A DNA stretch of 64,000 bases. Source: Candidatus Krumholzibacteriia bacterium. Its GTDB lineage: Bacteria; Krumholzibacteriota; Krumholzibacteriia; LZORAL124-64-63. A program made the position numbers and the translations under genes. Positions within the stretch are counted from its first letter, which is position 1; each line of letters begins with the position of its first letter. The stretch spans positions 2,439 to 66,438 of the forward strand of contig JANTFX010000006.1 of assembly GCA_024763215.1 (NCBI GenBank). Direction: 5' to 3'. This document shows positions 10,765-20,056 of the stretch, piece after piece. Below the pieces are notes generated by a model, which worked only from the letters and a program-made list of their open reading frames with translations, was not told the DNA's origin and searched no databases.

Positions 10765-13482
10765 TTGAAGCTGATCATCGTCGAATCCCCGGCCAAGGCC
10801 CGCACCATTTCCCGCTTTCTGGGGAAGGGCTACGAGGTCACGTCCAGTTACGGTCATATCAGGGACCTTCCCGGTTCGGCGGCGGAAATCCCCGCCAAGT
10901 ACAAGAAAGAGCCCTGGGCCAGGCTCGGGGTCAACCCCGATGACGGCTACAAGCCCGTCTACGTGGTATCCAAGGACAGCAAGAAGCAGGTGGCCGAACT
11001 CCGCAAACTGGTCGCCAAGGCGGACGAGATCCTGCTGGCCACGGATGAGGACCGCGAGGGGGAGGCCATCAGCTGGCACCTGCTGGAGGTGCTCAAGCCC
11101 AAGGTCCCGGTCAAGCGCATCACCTTCCACGAGATCACCAAGGACGCGATCAACGCCGCCCTGGAGAACCCGCGGGACATCGACATGCAGGTCGTGCGGG
11201 CCCAGGAAGGGCGCCGGATCCTGGACCGGTTGTTCGGATACAGCCTTTCGCCCGTGCTCTGGAAGAAGGTCCGCACCCGCCTCTCGGCCGGGCGGGTCCA
11301 GAGCGTCGCCGTGCGCCTGGTCGTCGAGCGGGAGGAGCAGCGGCAGGCATTCCACAGCGCCGAGTATTTCGACATCGAGGCGTTGCTGACCGCCGGCGAC
11401 CTTCATTTCACCGCGCGCCTGGTTGCCGTCGACGGTGTCAAGCCCGCCGGGGCCAAGGATTTCGACCCCGATACCGGGCAACTCCGCAAACCCGGCGAGC
11501 GGATCCTGCTGGGTGCCAAGGAGGCGGCCGCCCTGGCCGAGGCTGCCAAGGTCACCGTCCCCTGGGAAGTCCTGGCGGTGGAAGCCAAGGAGACCGCCCA
11601 GCGCCCAGCGCCGCCGTTTACGACCTCCACCCTGCAGCAGGCCGCCAGCAGCCGGCTGCGCATGTCGCCCAGCCGGGTCATGCGCATCGCCCAGCGCCTG
11701 TACGAGGGTGTTGGCATGGGCGGGGACCGCGAAGGTCTGATCACCTATATGCGTACCGATTCGTTGACCATGAGCGAAAAGGCGCTGGTCGAGGCCGAAG
11801 CGGTGATCAAGGACCGCTTCGGGCCGCAGTTCACCAAGGGGCCGCGGCGCTACCGGACCAAGTCCAAGGGCGCCCAGGAAGCCCACGAGGCCATCCGCCC
11901 CACGGTGCTGGCCAGGACTCCCGAGGACGTCAAGCCCTTCCTGGAAGCCGATGAGCTGGCCGTCTACACCCTGATCTGGAACCGGGCCCTGGCTTCCCAG
12001 ATGGCGGACGCCAGGCTTGCCAAGACCGCCGTGGATTTCGGAGTCAAGGCGGCCGGGAAGGACCTGGTCCTGCGCGCCAACGGCTCGGTGGTCAAGTTCC
12101 CCGGGTTCCTGCTGGTCTATGGCCGTTCGGACAAGGATGCGATCCTGCCGCCCCTGCATCAGGGCCAGGCGATCGGTACGCCGGATCAGGCCGATGGGGT
12201 CGAGGTCCAGGACGTCGAGGCCCTGCGCCACAGCACCCAGCCACCGGCCCGCTATACCGAAGCCTCCCTGATCAAGAAGCTGGAAGAGGAGGGCATCGGA
12301 CGGCCGTCCACCTACGCCACGGTCATTTCCACCATCCAGTCGCGCCAGTACGTGGTGAAGAAGGGGGGCGCGCTGCTGCCCTCGTACATCGGCATGGCGG
12401 TCACCCAGCTGCTGCGCGACCATTTCAACCAGTACGTCGACATCAAGTTCACCGCCCGCATGGAGGAGGACCTGGACCGCATCGCCGCCGGCGAAGTGGA
12501 CTGGGTGGAATTCCTGGATTGCTTCTACAGGGGCTGCGGCAGCAACCAGGACGAAGGGCTTGACGCCGTCATCGCCCGGGAGCTGGACAGGATCGAATTC
12601 CCACGCCTGCCCCTGGGCGAGGACCCGCAGACCGGCAAGCCGGTGGTGCTGAGGATCGGGCGCAACTACGTCTCGGTGGAGATCGAGGGCGAGGAGGGAA
12701 AAAGGGCCACGGTGCCCGTGGACATGCTCATCGACGAGCTGACCTGCGAGAAGGCGTTGGCCCTGATCCAGCAGAAGGAGCGCAGCAAGGAGCCCATAGG
12801 CACCCATCCCGAAACCGGTCAGAACATCTACGCCCTGGTGGGTCCTTTCGGCCCTTACCTCCAGCTGGGGGAGCAGGAAGGGGACCAGAAGCCCAAGCGG
12901 ATCAGTCTGGGCAAGAAGACGGACCCTTCGACCATCGATCAGGCCTACGCCCTGAAGCTCCTGTCCCTGCCCCGGGAGATCGGCACCGATCCCGAGACGG
13001 GCAAGCCTGTGCGGGCCGGCCTGGGGCGATTCGGACCCTACGTGGAATCCAACCGGGTTTTCGCCAGCGTGCAGACCGTCGACACCCTGTTCACCATCAC
13101 CCTCGAAGAGGCCCTGGACCGGATCCGCAACAAGAACCGCAAGCCGGTGCTGCGGGAACTCGGCACCCATCCGGCCACCGGCAAGGCCCTGCAGATCCTC
13201 AAGGGCCGGTACGGCCCCTATGTCACCGACGGTCAGGTCAACGCTTCCCTTGGGCGGGATACCGACCCGGAAGAGGTCACCATGGATGAAGCGGTGTCCC
13301 TGCTCAAGGCCGCTGCCGAACGGGGACCTGCGAAGGGAAAGAAGAAGGTGGTCCGGAAAAAGACCGCCAAGAAGAAGACGACCAAGAAAAAAACGGCAAA
13401 GAAAAAGACCGCCAAGAAGAAGGCCGTCAAGAAGAAGGTGACCAAGAAGGCCCCGCAGAAGCGCACGGTGCCTGAGGCATGA
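10765..13482 (+). CDS. topA: DNA topoisomerase I with Lys-rich histone-H1-like C-terminal tail
   Basis: 905 aa. Toprim N-terminus (MKLIIVESPAKARTISRFLGKGYEVTSSYGHIRDLP). Repeated C-terminal topo-I repeats (GTHPETG...GPFGPYLQLG, GTDPETGKPV...GRFGPYV, GTHPATGK...GRYGPYV). Final ~50 aa is a K-rich low-complexity tail (KKKTAKKKTTKKKTAKKKTAKKKAVKKKVTKK). Confidence 0.95.
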   Translation: MKLIIVESPAKARTISRFLGKGYEVTSSYGHIRDLPGSAAEIPAKYKKEPWARLGVNPDDGYKPVYVVSKDSKKQVAELRKLVAKADEILLATDEDREGEAISWHLLEVLKPKVPVKRITFHEITKDAINAALENPRDIDMQVVRAQEGRRILDRLFGYSLSPVLWKKVRTRLSAGRVQSVAVRLVVEREEQRQAFHSAEYFDIEALLTAGDLHFTARLVAVDGVKPAGAKDFDPDTGQLRKPGERILLGAKEAAALAEAAKVTVPWEVLAVEAKETAQRPAPPFTTSTLQQAASSRLRMSPSRVMRIAQRLYEGVGMGGDREGLITYMRTDSLTMSEKALVEAEAVIKDRFGPQFTKGPRRYRTKSKGAQEAHEAIRPTVLARTPEDVKPFLEADELAVYTLIWNRALASQMADARLAKTAVDFGVKAAGKDLVLRANGSVVKFPGFLLVYGRSDKDAILPPLHQGQAIGTPDQADGVEVQDVEALRHSTQPPARYTEASLIKKLEEEGIGRPSTYATVISTIQSRQYVVKKGGALLPSYIGMAVTQLLRDHFNQYVDIKFTARMEEDLDRIAAGEVDWVEFLDCFYRGCGSNQDEGLDAVIARELDRIEFPRLPLGEDPQTGKPVVLRIGRNYVSVEIEGEEGKRATVPVDMLIDELTCEKALALIQQKERSKEPIGTHPETGQNIYALVGPFGPYLQLGEQEGDQKPKRISLGKKTDPSTIDQAYALKLLSLPREIGTDPETGKPVRAGLGRFGPYVESNRVFASVQTVDTLFTITLEEALDRIRNKNRKPVLRELGTHPATGKALQILKGRYGPYVTDGQVNASLGRDTDPEEVTMDEAVSLLKAAAERGPAKGKKKVVRKKTAKKKTTKKKTAKKKTAKKKAVKKKVTKKAPQKRTVPEA

Positions 13483-14822
13483 CGGACGTTCATGTCGTCG
13501 GGGGTGGGCTGGCAGGCACCGAGGCCGCCCTGCAGCTTGCCGCCCGCGGAATATCCGTGACGCTGCACGAGATGAGGCCCCGGGTCAGCTCCCCCGCCCA
13601 CCGTACCGGTCTTCTGGCCGAACTGGTCTGCAGCAATTCCCTCAAGAGCCTTGATCCGGACACCGCTTCCGGCTGCCTCAAGGCCGAACTCGAACTGCTG
13701 GGTTGCCGGTTGCTGGGTGCGGCATCCCGGGCGGCCGTGCCCGCAGGCGCGGCCCTGGCGGTCGATCCGGCTGCCTTCGCCGCCGAGGTGGAGGAAATGG
13801 TCGGGGGCGAGGATCTGATCAGGCTGGTCCGTGACCAGATCCAGGCGCTGGAGCCCGGCCCGGACCGGCTGTGGGTGGTCTGCAGCGGGCCCTTGACCAG
13901 CCCCACGTTGCAGACCGAGTTGGGTGGGATCGCCGGGCGGCCGGGTCTGCATTTCTTCGACGCCATCGCACCCACGGTGACCTTGGATTCCCTGGACACC
14001 TCGGTGATCTACCGCGCGGCCCGGTACGGCAAGGGAGACGCGGACTACCTCAACATCCCCCTGGACCAGCGGGCGTACGAGGAGTTGGTCGCCGACCTCC
14101 TGGCGGCCGAGAAGATCACCGTCAAGGACTTCGACCGCGGCATGCTCTTCGACGGTTGCCAGCCCATAGAAGAGATCGCGGCCTCCGGTCCCCGGACCCT
14201 GGCCTTCGGCCCCTTGCGCCCGGTGGGGCTGGAGAACCCGCATACGGGCGAGCGCCCTTTCGCGGTCGTGCAGCTGCGGCAGGAGAACCGCGAGGGGACC
14301 CTGTACGGGCTGGTGGGGTTCCAGACCCGGATCAAGCATCCGGAGCAGAAACGGATCCTGCGCAAGCTGCCGGGGATGCAGTCGGCTGAGTTCGTGCGCC
14401 TGGGCCAGATGCACCGCAACTTCTACCTGGATAGCCCCCGGGTGCTGGCTCGTGATTTCAGCTTTCCCCGACGCCCGGATGTCTTCGTCGCGGGCCAGAT
14501 CACCGGCGTCGAGGGGTACGTTGAGTCCATGGCCTCGGGGCTCGTCACCGCTTTGAAGGTGGCGGCCCGGATCCAGGGGCTGGCCCTGCCCCCCTTGCCA
14601 CCGGAAACCATCTGTGGCAGGTTGTTGGAGGGCTTCCTGTTCGACGATACCTCCTCGCGGCTGACCCCGATGAACGCCAACTTCGGCCTGCTGCCTCCGC
14701 CGCCGGGAAAAGTTCGGGGCAAGAAGGCCCGCAAGGAGGCCAAGTCCGCACGCGCCCGCGAGGCCATGCGGTTCTGGGCCGAGGCCTTGCCGGACCAGCC
14801 AGTCCGGCGCCGTCCGAGGTGA
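13479..14822 (+). CDS. trmFO: Methylenetetrahydrofolate--tRNA-(uracil54-C5)-methyltransferase TrmFO (Gid)
   Basis: 447 aa. FAD-binding N-terminus (MTDVHVVGGGLAGTEAALQLAARGISVTLHEMRP). 4-bp overlap with topA. Synteny topA-trmFO-xerC-hslVU. Confidence 0.9.
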   Translation: MTDVHVVGGGLAGTEAALQLAARGISVTLHEMRPRVSSPAHRTGLLAELVCSNSLKSLDPDTASGCLKAELELLGCRLLGAASRAAVPAGAALAVDPAAFAAEVEEMVGGEDLIRLVRDQIQALEPGPDRLWVVCSGPLTSPTLQTELGGIAGRPGLHFFDAIAPTVTLDSLDTSVIYRAARYGKGDADYLNIPLDQRAYEELVADLLAAEKITVKDFDRGMLFDGCQPIEEIAASGPRTLAFGPLRPVGLENPHTGERPFAVVQLRQENREGTLYGLVGFQTRIKHPEQKRILRKLPGMQSAEFVRLGQMHRNFYLDSPRVLARDFSFPRRPDVFVAGQITGVEGYVESMASGLVTALKVAARIQGLALPPLPPETICGRLLEGFLFDDTSSRLTPMNANFGLLPPPPGKVRGKKARKEAKSARAREAMRFWAEALPDQPVRRRPR

Positions 14823-15790
14823 ACATGGAACGGATCGTCCGCCAGTACAGGGACCACCTGGCAGTGGAGAGGGGGCTGAGTCCCCGCACGGTGGCGGCGT
14901 ACATGCGGGATGTCCGCAGCTACCTTCAGGACCGGCCCGGGGGGCTGGAAGAGCCCCTTGCGGCCGGCGACCTGGTCTCGGGCCGGGACTGGCTGCGCGT
15001 GCACCTTGCCCGCCTGCGCCGCAACGGCTGCCAGCCATCGACCATCGACCGCCACCTGGCCGCCATCCGTTCGTTCTACGGCTTTCTGCTTCTGACCGGC
15101 CGCATCGAGAGGGTGCCCCTGTTGGTGACCACCGGCAAGGGTGGTCGCCGCCGCAAGCTGCCCAGGGATCTGGCAGTTGAAAACGTGCTTGCCCTCCTGG
15201 CGCTCCCCGACGAGGCGACGTTGCGCGGAGCGCGCGACCGCGCCATCCTGGAGCTGGCCTACGGGCTGGGCCTGCGGTTGTCCGAGATCGTGGGCCTGGA
15301 CCTGAAGGACCTGGACTTCCCCGACCGGCGCCTGCGCGTGCTGGGCAAGGGCAACCGGGAAAGGATCCTGCCGCTTGACGGCTGCCCCCTGGAGGCCTTG
15401 AGCGCGTACCTGGGCCGACGCTGTGCTCCGGAACGCTGGCTGGCGATCCGGGATGGTTCGGTAGGCGGTCCGGAAGCGCGGATCCCCGTATTTTTCGGGC
15501 GGGGCCGGCGGAGGATCTCCCCACGCACCGTCCAGGCCATGGTCGCCCGCTATTGCGGGGAACTGGCCGGCATGCAGGGGGTTTCCCCTCACACCCTGCG
15601 GCATTCCTTCGCCACGCATCTGCTCGATGGTGGCGCGGGGATCAGGATCGTCCAGGAACTGCTGGGTCACAAGAACCTGGCGACCACCCAGATCTACACC
15701 CACTTGAGCCGCAGCCGGCTGCGGGAGGCCTACGATGCCGCCCATCCCCGCGCCCGGCAGGCGGAAACCGAACCGAAGGATCAGGTATGA
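14819..15790 (+). CDS. xerC: Tyrosine recombinase XerC (CodV-like)
   Basis: 323 aa. Catalytic C-terminus HTLRHSFATHLLDGGAGIRIVQELLGHKNLATTQIYTH. Lies between trmFO and hslV. Confidence 0.9.
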   Translation: MNMERIVRQYRDHLAVERGLSPRTVAAYMRDVRSYLQDRPGGLEEPLAAGDLVSGRDWLRVHLARLRRNGCQPSTIDRHLAAIRSFYGFLLLTGRIERVPLLVTTGKGGRRRKLPRDLAVENVLALLALPDEATLRGARDRAILELAYGLGLRLSEIVGLDLKDLDFPDRRLRVLGKGNRERILPLDGCPLEALSAYLGRRCAPERWLAIRDGSVGGPEARIPVFFGRGRRRISPRTVQAMVARYCGELAGMQGVSPHTLRHSFATHLLDGGAGIRIVQELLGHKNLATTQIYTHLSRSRLREAYDAAHPRARQAETEPKDQV

Positions 15791-16353
15791 AAATCAGATC
15801 GACCACCGTGTTGGCGGTTTTGCGAGAGGGACGTGGGGCCATGGCCAGCGATGGCCAGGTGACCCTGGGCACCACCATCGCCAAGCATGGCGCGGTGAAG
15901 GTACGTCCCATGTTCAAGGGCAGGGTCCTGGCCGGCTTCGCGGGCGGGGCGGCCGACGCCCTGACCCTGTTCGAAAAGTTCGAAGGCCACCTGGAGCGCT
16001 ATCGCGGGCACCTGCGCCGGGCCACGGTGGAACTGGCCCGCGAATGGCGCAGCGACCGCATCCTGCGCAAGCTGGAGGCCATGATGCTCGTGATGGACCA
16101 CAAGGACATCTTCCTGGTCTCGGGCAACGGGGACATCATCGAGAGCGACGACAAGCTGGCCGCCATCGGCAGCGGGGGGCCCTACGCGCTGGCGGCGGCC
16201 CGGGCCCTGGTCCGCAACACGGAACTTTCCGCCGCCGAGATTTGCGACCGGTCCCTGCGCATCGCGGGCGAGATCTGCATCTACACCAATCAGAACGTTT
16301 CCCTGCTGGAACTCGAGGCGGGCGACGATGAGACGGACGGCGGGGAGGTTTGA
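15787..16353 (+). CDS. hslV: ATP-dependent protease subunit HslV
   Basis: Internal ATG at 15787 (ATGA overlap with the xerC stop) gives MKIRSTTVLAV..., the Thr-protease N-terminus typical of HslV. 188 aa. Confidence 0.9.
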   Translation: MKIRSTTVLAVLREGRGAMASDGQVTLGTTIAKHGAVKVRPMFKGRVLAGFAGGAADALTLFEKFEGHLERYRGHLRRATVELAREWRSDRILRKLEAMMLVMDHKDIFLVSGNGDIIESDDKLAAIGSGGPYALAAARALVRNTELSAAEICDRSLRIAGEICIYTNQNVSLLELEAGDDETDGGEV

Positions 16354-16354
16354 C

Positions 16355-17713
16355 ATGAGGATCAAAACACCCTCGAAGCGGGCCATGTGGACCTGCCCGG
16401 AAATCGTGGAGCTGTTGGATCGCTTCATCGTGGGGCAGGGGGAGGCCAAGCGCGCCGTGGCCATCGCCCTGCGCAACCGCTGGCGCCGCATGCAGCTGCC
16501 GGAGGAGGTGCGGCGGGAAGTCGTGCCCAACAACATCATCCTCATCGGGCCCACCGGGGTCGGCAAGACGGAGATCGCCCGCCGGCTGGCGCAGATCGCC
16601 GACATCCCCTTCCTCAAGGTCGAGGCCACCAAGTTCACCGAAAAGGGCTACGTGGGCCGGGACGTGGACTCCATGGTGCGGGACCTCGTGGAGAACGCCA
16701 TCGGCCTGGTCCGGCGCCGCGCGGAGAAAAAGTTCACCGCGGCCATGGAACAGGCCGTCGAGGAGCAGTTGCTGGACATCCTGTTCCCGCCGCTGCCCGG
16801 GATGGAACAGGAGCCCGAGCGGCGCGGCCGGTGGGAACGCAGCCGCGCCAAGATCGCCCAGCAGCTCCAGGAAGGAGCCCTGGAGGAGAGGGAAGTGACC
16901 ATCACCAGCGAGGAGAACAAGGTTCCCATCGCCAACATCTTCACCTCCGCCGGCGAGGAATTCGACGCCTCCTTCGGCGAGAGCCTCAAGGAACTATTCC
17001 CCAAGAAGAAGACCGAGAAGAAGGTGACCGTGGCCAGGGCGCGCAAGCTCCTGCGGGAGCAGGAGGCCCAGCGCCGCCTGGACATGGACCAGATCGTGGC
17101 CGAGGCCATCGACCTGACCGAGAACGGGGGCGTCATCTTCCTGGACGAGATCGACAAGATCGCCGGCAAGAGCGGCCACGGATCCGGGCCCGACGTCTCG
17201 CGTGAAGGCGTCCAGCGCGACCTGCTGCCCATCGTCGAAGGCACGGCGGTCAGCACCAAGTACGGCCTGGTCAAGACCGATCACATCCTGTTCATGGCCG
17301 CCGGGGCCTTCCACATGAGCAAGCCCAGCGACCTGATCCCCGAGCTCCAGGGTCGTTTCCCCATCCGGGTCGAGCTGTCCAGCCTGGACCAGGAGGATTT
17401 CGTGCGCATCCTGCGCGACACCGAGGGTTCCCTGGTGCAGCAGTACACCGCGCTGCTGGAGGTGGACCACTGCCGGCTTTCCTTCGCGCCGGAGGCCCTG
17501 CAGGAGATCGCCCGTCTGGCCTCCGAGCTCAACAAACGCATGGAGAATATCGGTGCCCGGCGCCTGCAGACCCTCATGGCGCAGCTGCTGGACGACTGGT
17601 TGTTCCGGGTGCCCGACGACGGCCCCCAGGAGCTTCTCGTCGATGCCGACTATGTGAACAAGGTCCTGGCTGATATCATCCGCGACGAGGACCTCAGCCG
17701 CTACATCCTGTGA
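16355..17713 (+). CDS. hslU: ATP-dependent protease ATPase subunit HslU
   Basis: AAA+ Walker A (IGPTGVGKTEIARRLA). HslU I-domain and C-terminus. RBS GGGGAGG before the ATG at 16355. Confidence 0.95.
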   Translation: MRIKTPSKRAMWTCPEIVELLDRFIVGQGEAKRAVAIALRNRWRRMQLPEEVRREVVPNNIILIGPTGVGKTEIARRLAQIADIPFLKVEATKFTEKGYVGRDVDSMVRDLVENAIGLVRRRAEKKFTAAMEQAVEEQLLDILFPPLPGMEQEPERRGRWERSRAKIAQQLQEGALEEREVTITSEENKVPIANIFTSAGEEFDASFGESLKELFPKKKTEKKVTVARARKLLREQEAQRRLDMDQIVAEAIDLTENGGVIFLDEIDKIAGKSGHGSGPDVSREGVQRDLLPIVEGTAVSTKYGLVKTDHILFMAAGAFHMSKPSDLIPELQGRFPIRVELSSLDQEDFVRILRDTEGSLVQQYTALLEVDHCRLSFAPEALQEIARLASELNKRMENIGARRLQTLMAQLLDDWLFRVPDDGPQELLVDADYVNKVLADIIRDEDLSRYIL

Positions 17714-17750
17714 GCCTTTCAGGTGGCGCCGCCGCCTTTGCCGGTTATTT

Positions 17751-18731
17751 TTGCCGGGCCGAGACGAACATGGACCGGGAACCCCAGACAAGGAGCCAAC
17801 CGTGAATTCCGCCCAAACCAATGCCCGCAAGGATTTCGTGGCCATCGACGATTACAGCCTGGAGGAGCTCCGGACGATCCTGGAACTGGCCCGCAAGCAG
17901 AAGCCCCTGGCCCGCGAACACCGGCTGCCCGCTTCGCATCCGGGACGGGTGCTGGCCTGCGTCTTCGCCAAGCCGAGTTTGCGCACCCGCATCAGCTTCG
18001 AGGTGGCCATGGGCCAGCTCGGCGGCCGGTCGCTCTTCGTCACCGACAAGGAGATCGGCATGGGCAAGCGGGAATCGGTGCACGACGTGGCCAAGGTCCT
18101 CAGCCGCCTGGTCGATGGGATCATGATCCGCTGGTTCGACCACGATGAGGTCGTCCAGCTCGCCTCCCATGCCACGGTTCCGGTGGTCAACGGGCTGACC
18201 GACCTGAACCACCCCTGCCAGGTCATGGCCGACATCATGACCATCGAGGAGCACCTGGGCTCCATCGACGGCAAGACGGTGGTCATGGTCGGGGACGGCA
18301 ATAACCTGGCCAACAGCTGGCTCAACGCCTCCATCCGGTTCCCCTTCAACTTCATCCTGGCCTGCCCGGAAGGCTACACGCCGGACGAAGGCATCCTGCG
18401 CAAGGCCGAGGCCGCCGGCGCCTCCTTCATGATCACCCATGACCCGACCGAGGCCGTCCAGGGCGCCCACGTGATCTACAGCGACGCCTTCTACAGCATG
18501 GGCCAGGAGGCCGAGGCCCAGCAGCGGCGCCGGGATTTCGCGCCCTTCCGCATCACCACCGAACTCCTGGCCGGCGCCGACCCCGAGCATATCGTGCTGC
18601 ACTGCCTGCCCGCGCACCGGGGCGAGGAGATCACCGACGAGGTGATGGACGGGCCTCATTCGGTGGTCTTCGACGAAGCCGAAAACCGGCTGCACGCCCA
18701 GCGGGCCATCCTGGCGACGCTCATCAAGTGA
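17751..18731 (+). CDS. argF: Ornithine carbamoyltransferase family protein
   Basis: STRTR carbamoyl-phosphate motif (PSLRTRISFE) and HCLPAHRGEE (HCLP is ornithine-specific; ATCase has HPLP). Start uncertain (ATG 17751 or an internal GTG). Confidence 0.8.
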   Translation: MPGRDEHGPGTPDKEPTVNSAQTNARKDFVAIDDYSLEELRTILELARKQKPLAREHRLPASHPGRVLACVFAKPSLRTRISFEVAMGQLGGRSLFVTDKEIGMGKRESVHDVAKVLSRLVDGIMIRWFDHDEVVQLASHATVPVVNGLTDLNHPCQVMADIMTIEEHLGSIDGKTVVMVGDGNNLANSWLNASIRFPFNFILACPEGYTPDEGILRKAEAAGASFMITHDPTEAVQGAHVIYSDAFYSMGQEAEAQQRRRDFAPFRITTELLAGADPEHIVLHCLPAHRGEEITDEVMDGPHSVVFDEAENRLHAQRAILATLIK

Positions 18732-20056
18732 TGGCAGCCGGGGCTGGCAGGAGACCGGGACGGATTCTGGCCCTGGCCTTCGGGCTGTGCCTGACGGGCC
18801 TGGCCGCCTGTGCGGTGGTGGAGGCCCCGCCCGGCGGCCCGGTCGATGAGATCCCGCCCGCCCTGGTGTCCTTCCAGCCTGATTCGGCGGCCGTCGTGGC
18901 AGGTCCGGTGGATCGCCTGGAGTTTTCCTTCAGCGAGAAGATGAACCGCATCTCGGCGGGGAGCTGGCTGCACCTGTACCCGCCGCGGAAATTCCGCAAG
19001 ACCTCGTGGCACGGCGCCATCCGCGCCGAGGTTCAGCTCGAGGAGCCGCTGCCTCCCGATACGGTCGTGGTGGTCGAGGTCAGCGCCAAGATGAAGGATG
19101 CCCACAAGGTTGCGGGCCAGATCGAGCGCAGGTTCCCGGTGGTCACCGGCGGCACCCTGCCCGCAGGCAGGATCAGCGGTTCCCTGGTCATGGGCGATTC
19201 CGCCCTGGCCGGCGGCGTGGTCGAACTCTACGCCGTGCCCCCCGACACCGCCTCCTGGGACGAGCAGCCCCTCCTGCGCAGGACGCGTAGCGGACCCGAC
19301 GGCGTATTCCATCTGGACTGGCTGCCGGTGCCCGGCGGGCCCTACCTTCTGCATGCCTTCGACGATCCCGACCAGAACGCGCGGCGCGGCGACAAGGAGG
19401 CTCATCGACTGCTGCCCGATACGGTCAGCATCACGCAGGAGACCCCCGCGGTGGAACTGGCCGCCTGTGAACTCTACCCTGTGGACACCCCCGGCAAGTT
19501 GCGTCTGCTCCCGAGAGAGAACATGCCGGCCAACCCCCGCTACCTGGTCTTCATCCAGGGCATCGCCGAGGACGACACGGGCTGGGCACCGGCGCCGGCC
19601 GCCTTCGATTCGACCGTGTTCACGGTGCTCGATTCCGCCTTCACCGACACCCTGTCCGGGGTTCCCCCAGGCCCGGACCGGGTGATCCTGTTCGCGGACC
19701 TGGACCGCGATTCATCCTTCTCGGTCATCCCCGAGTCGTTGATCACCGGCCGGGCCGATACCCTGCTGTACGCCCTGTCGGATTCCGTTGCCGACACCAC
19801 GGGGTTCGCCCTCGAACCCTGGTTGGGGATGGAACCGGTGCTGGTCGAGCCCGGTCTGCTCAACAATCTCGAGCTGTCTGCCGATCCCTTCGTCATCGTG
19901 CCCTGGCCTGTTCCGGAGCCGAAGACCGGGAGCGCGGGCACCGAGGCGGATTCCACGACCGCGGCCCTCGACAGCACCGCCACCGCCCCTGCGGCGGCGG
20001 CCCCCGATTCCACCGTCGGCATGGGGGAGGAGGAAATTCAGACCCATGAGCAGTGA
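18728..20056 (+). CDS. Lipoprotein of unknown function (Ig-like / carboxypeptidase-regulatory-like beta domains)
   Basis: 442 aa. Signal peptide with lipobox (LTGLAAC). No catalytic motifs recognised. C-terminal Thr/Ala/Pro-rich tail. Its 3' end overlaps the dapF start. Confidence 0.5.
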   Translation: MMAAGAGRRPGRILALAFGLCLTGLAACAVVEAPPGGPVDEIPPALVSFQPDSAAVVAGPVDRLEFSFSEKMNRISAGSWLHLYPPRKFRKTSWHGAIRAEVQLEEPLPPDTVVVVEVSAKMKDAHKVAGQIERRFPVVTGGTLPAGRISGSLVMGDSALAGGVVELYAVPPDTASWDEQPLLRRTRSGPDGVFHLDWLPVPGGPYLLHAFDDPDQNARRGDKEAHRLLPDTVSITQETPAVELAACELYPVDTPGKLRLLPRENMPANPRYLVFIQGIAEDDTGWAPAPAAFDSTVFTVLDSAFTDTLSGVPPGPDRVILFADLDRDSSFSVIPESLITGRADTLLYALSDSVADTTGFALEPWLGMEPVLVEPGLLNNLELSADPFVIVPWPVPEPKTGSAGTEADSTTAALDSTATAPAAAAPDSTVGMGEEEIQTHEQ

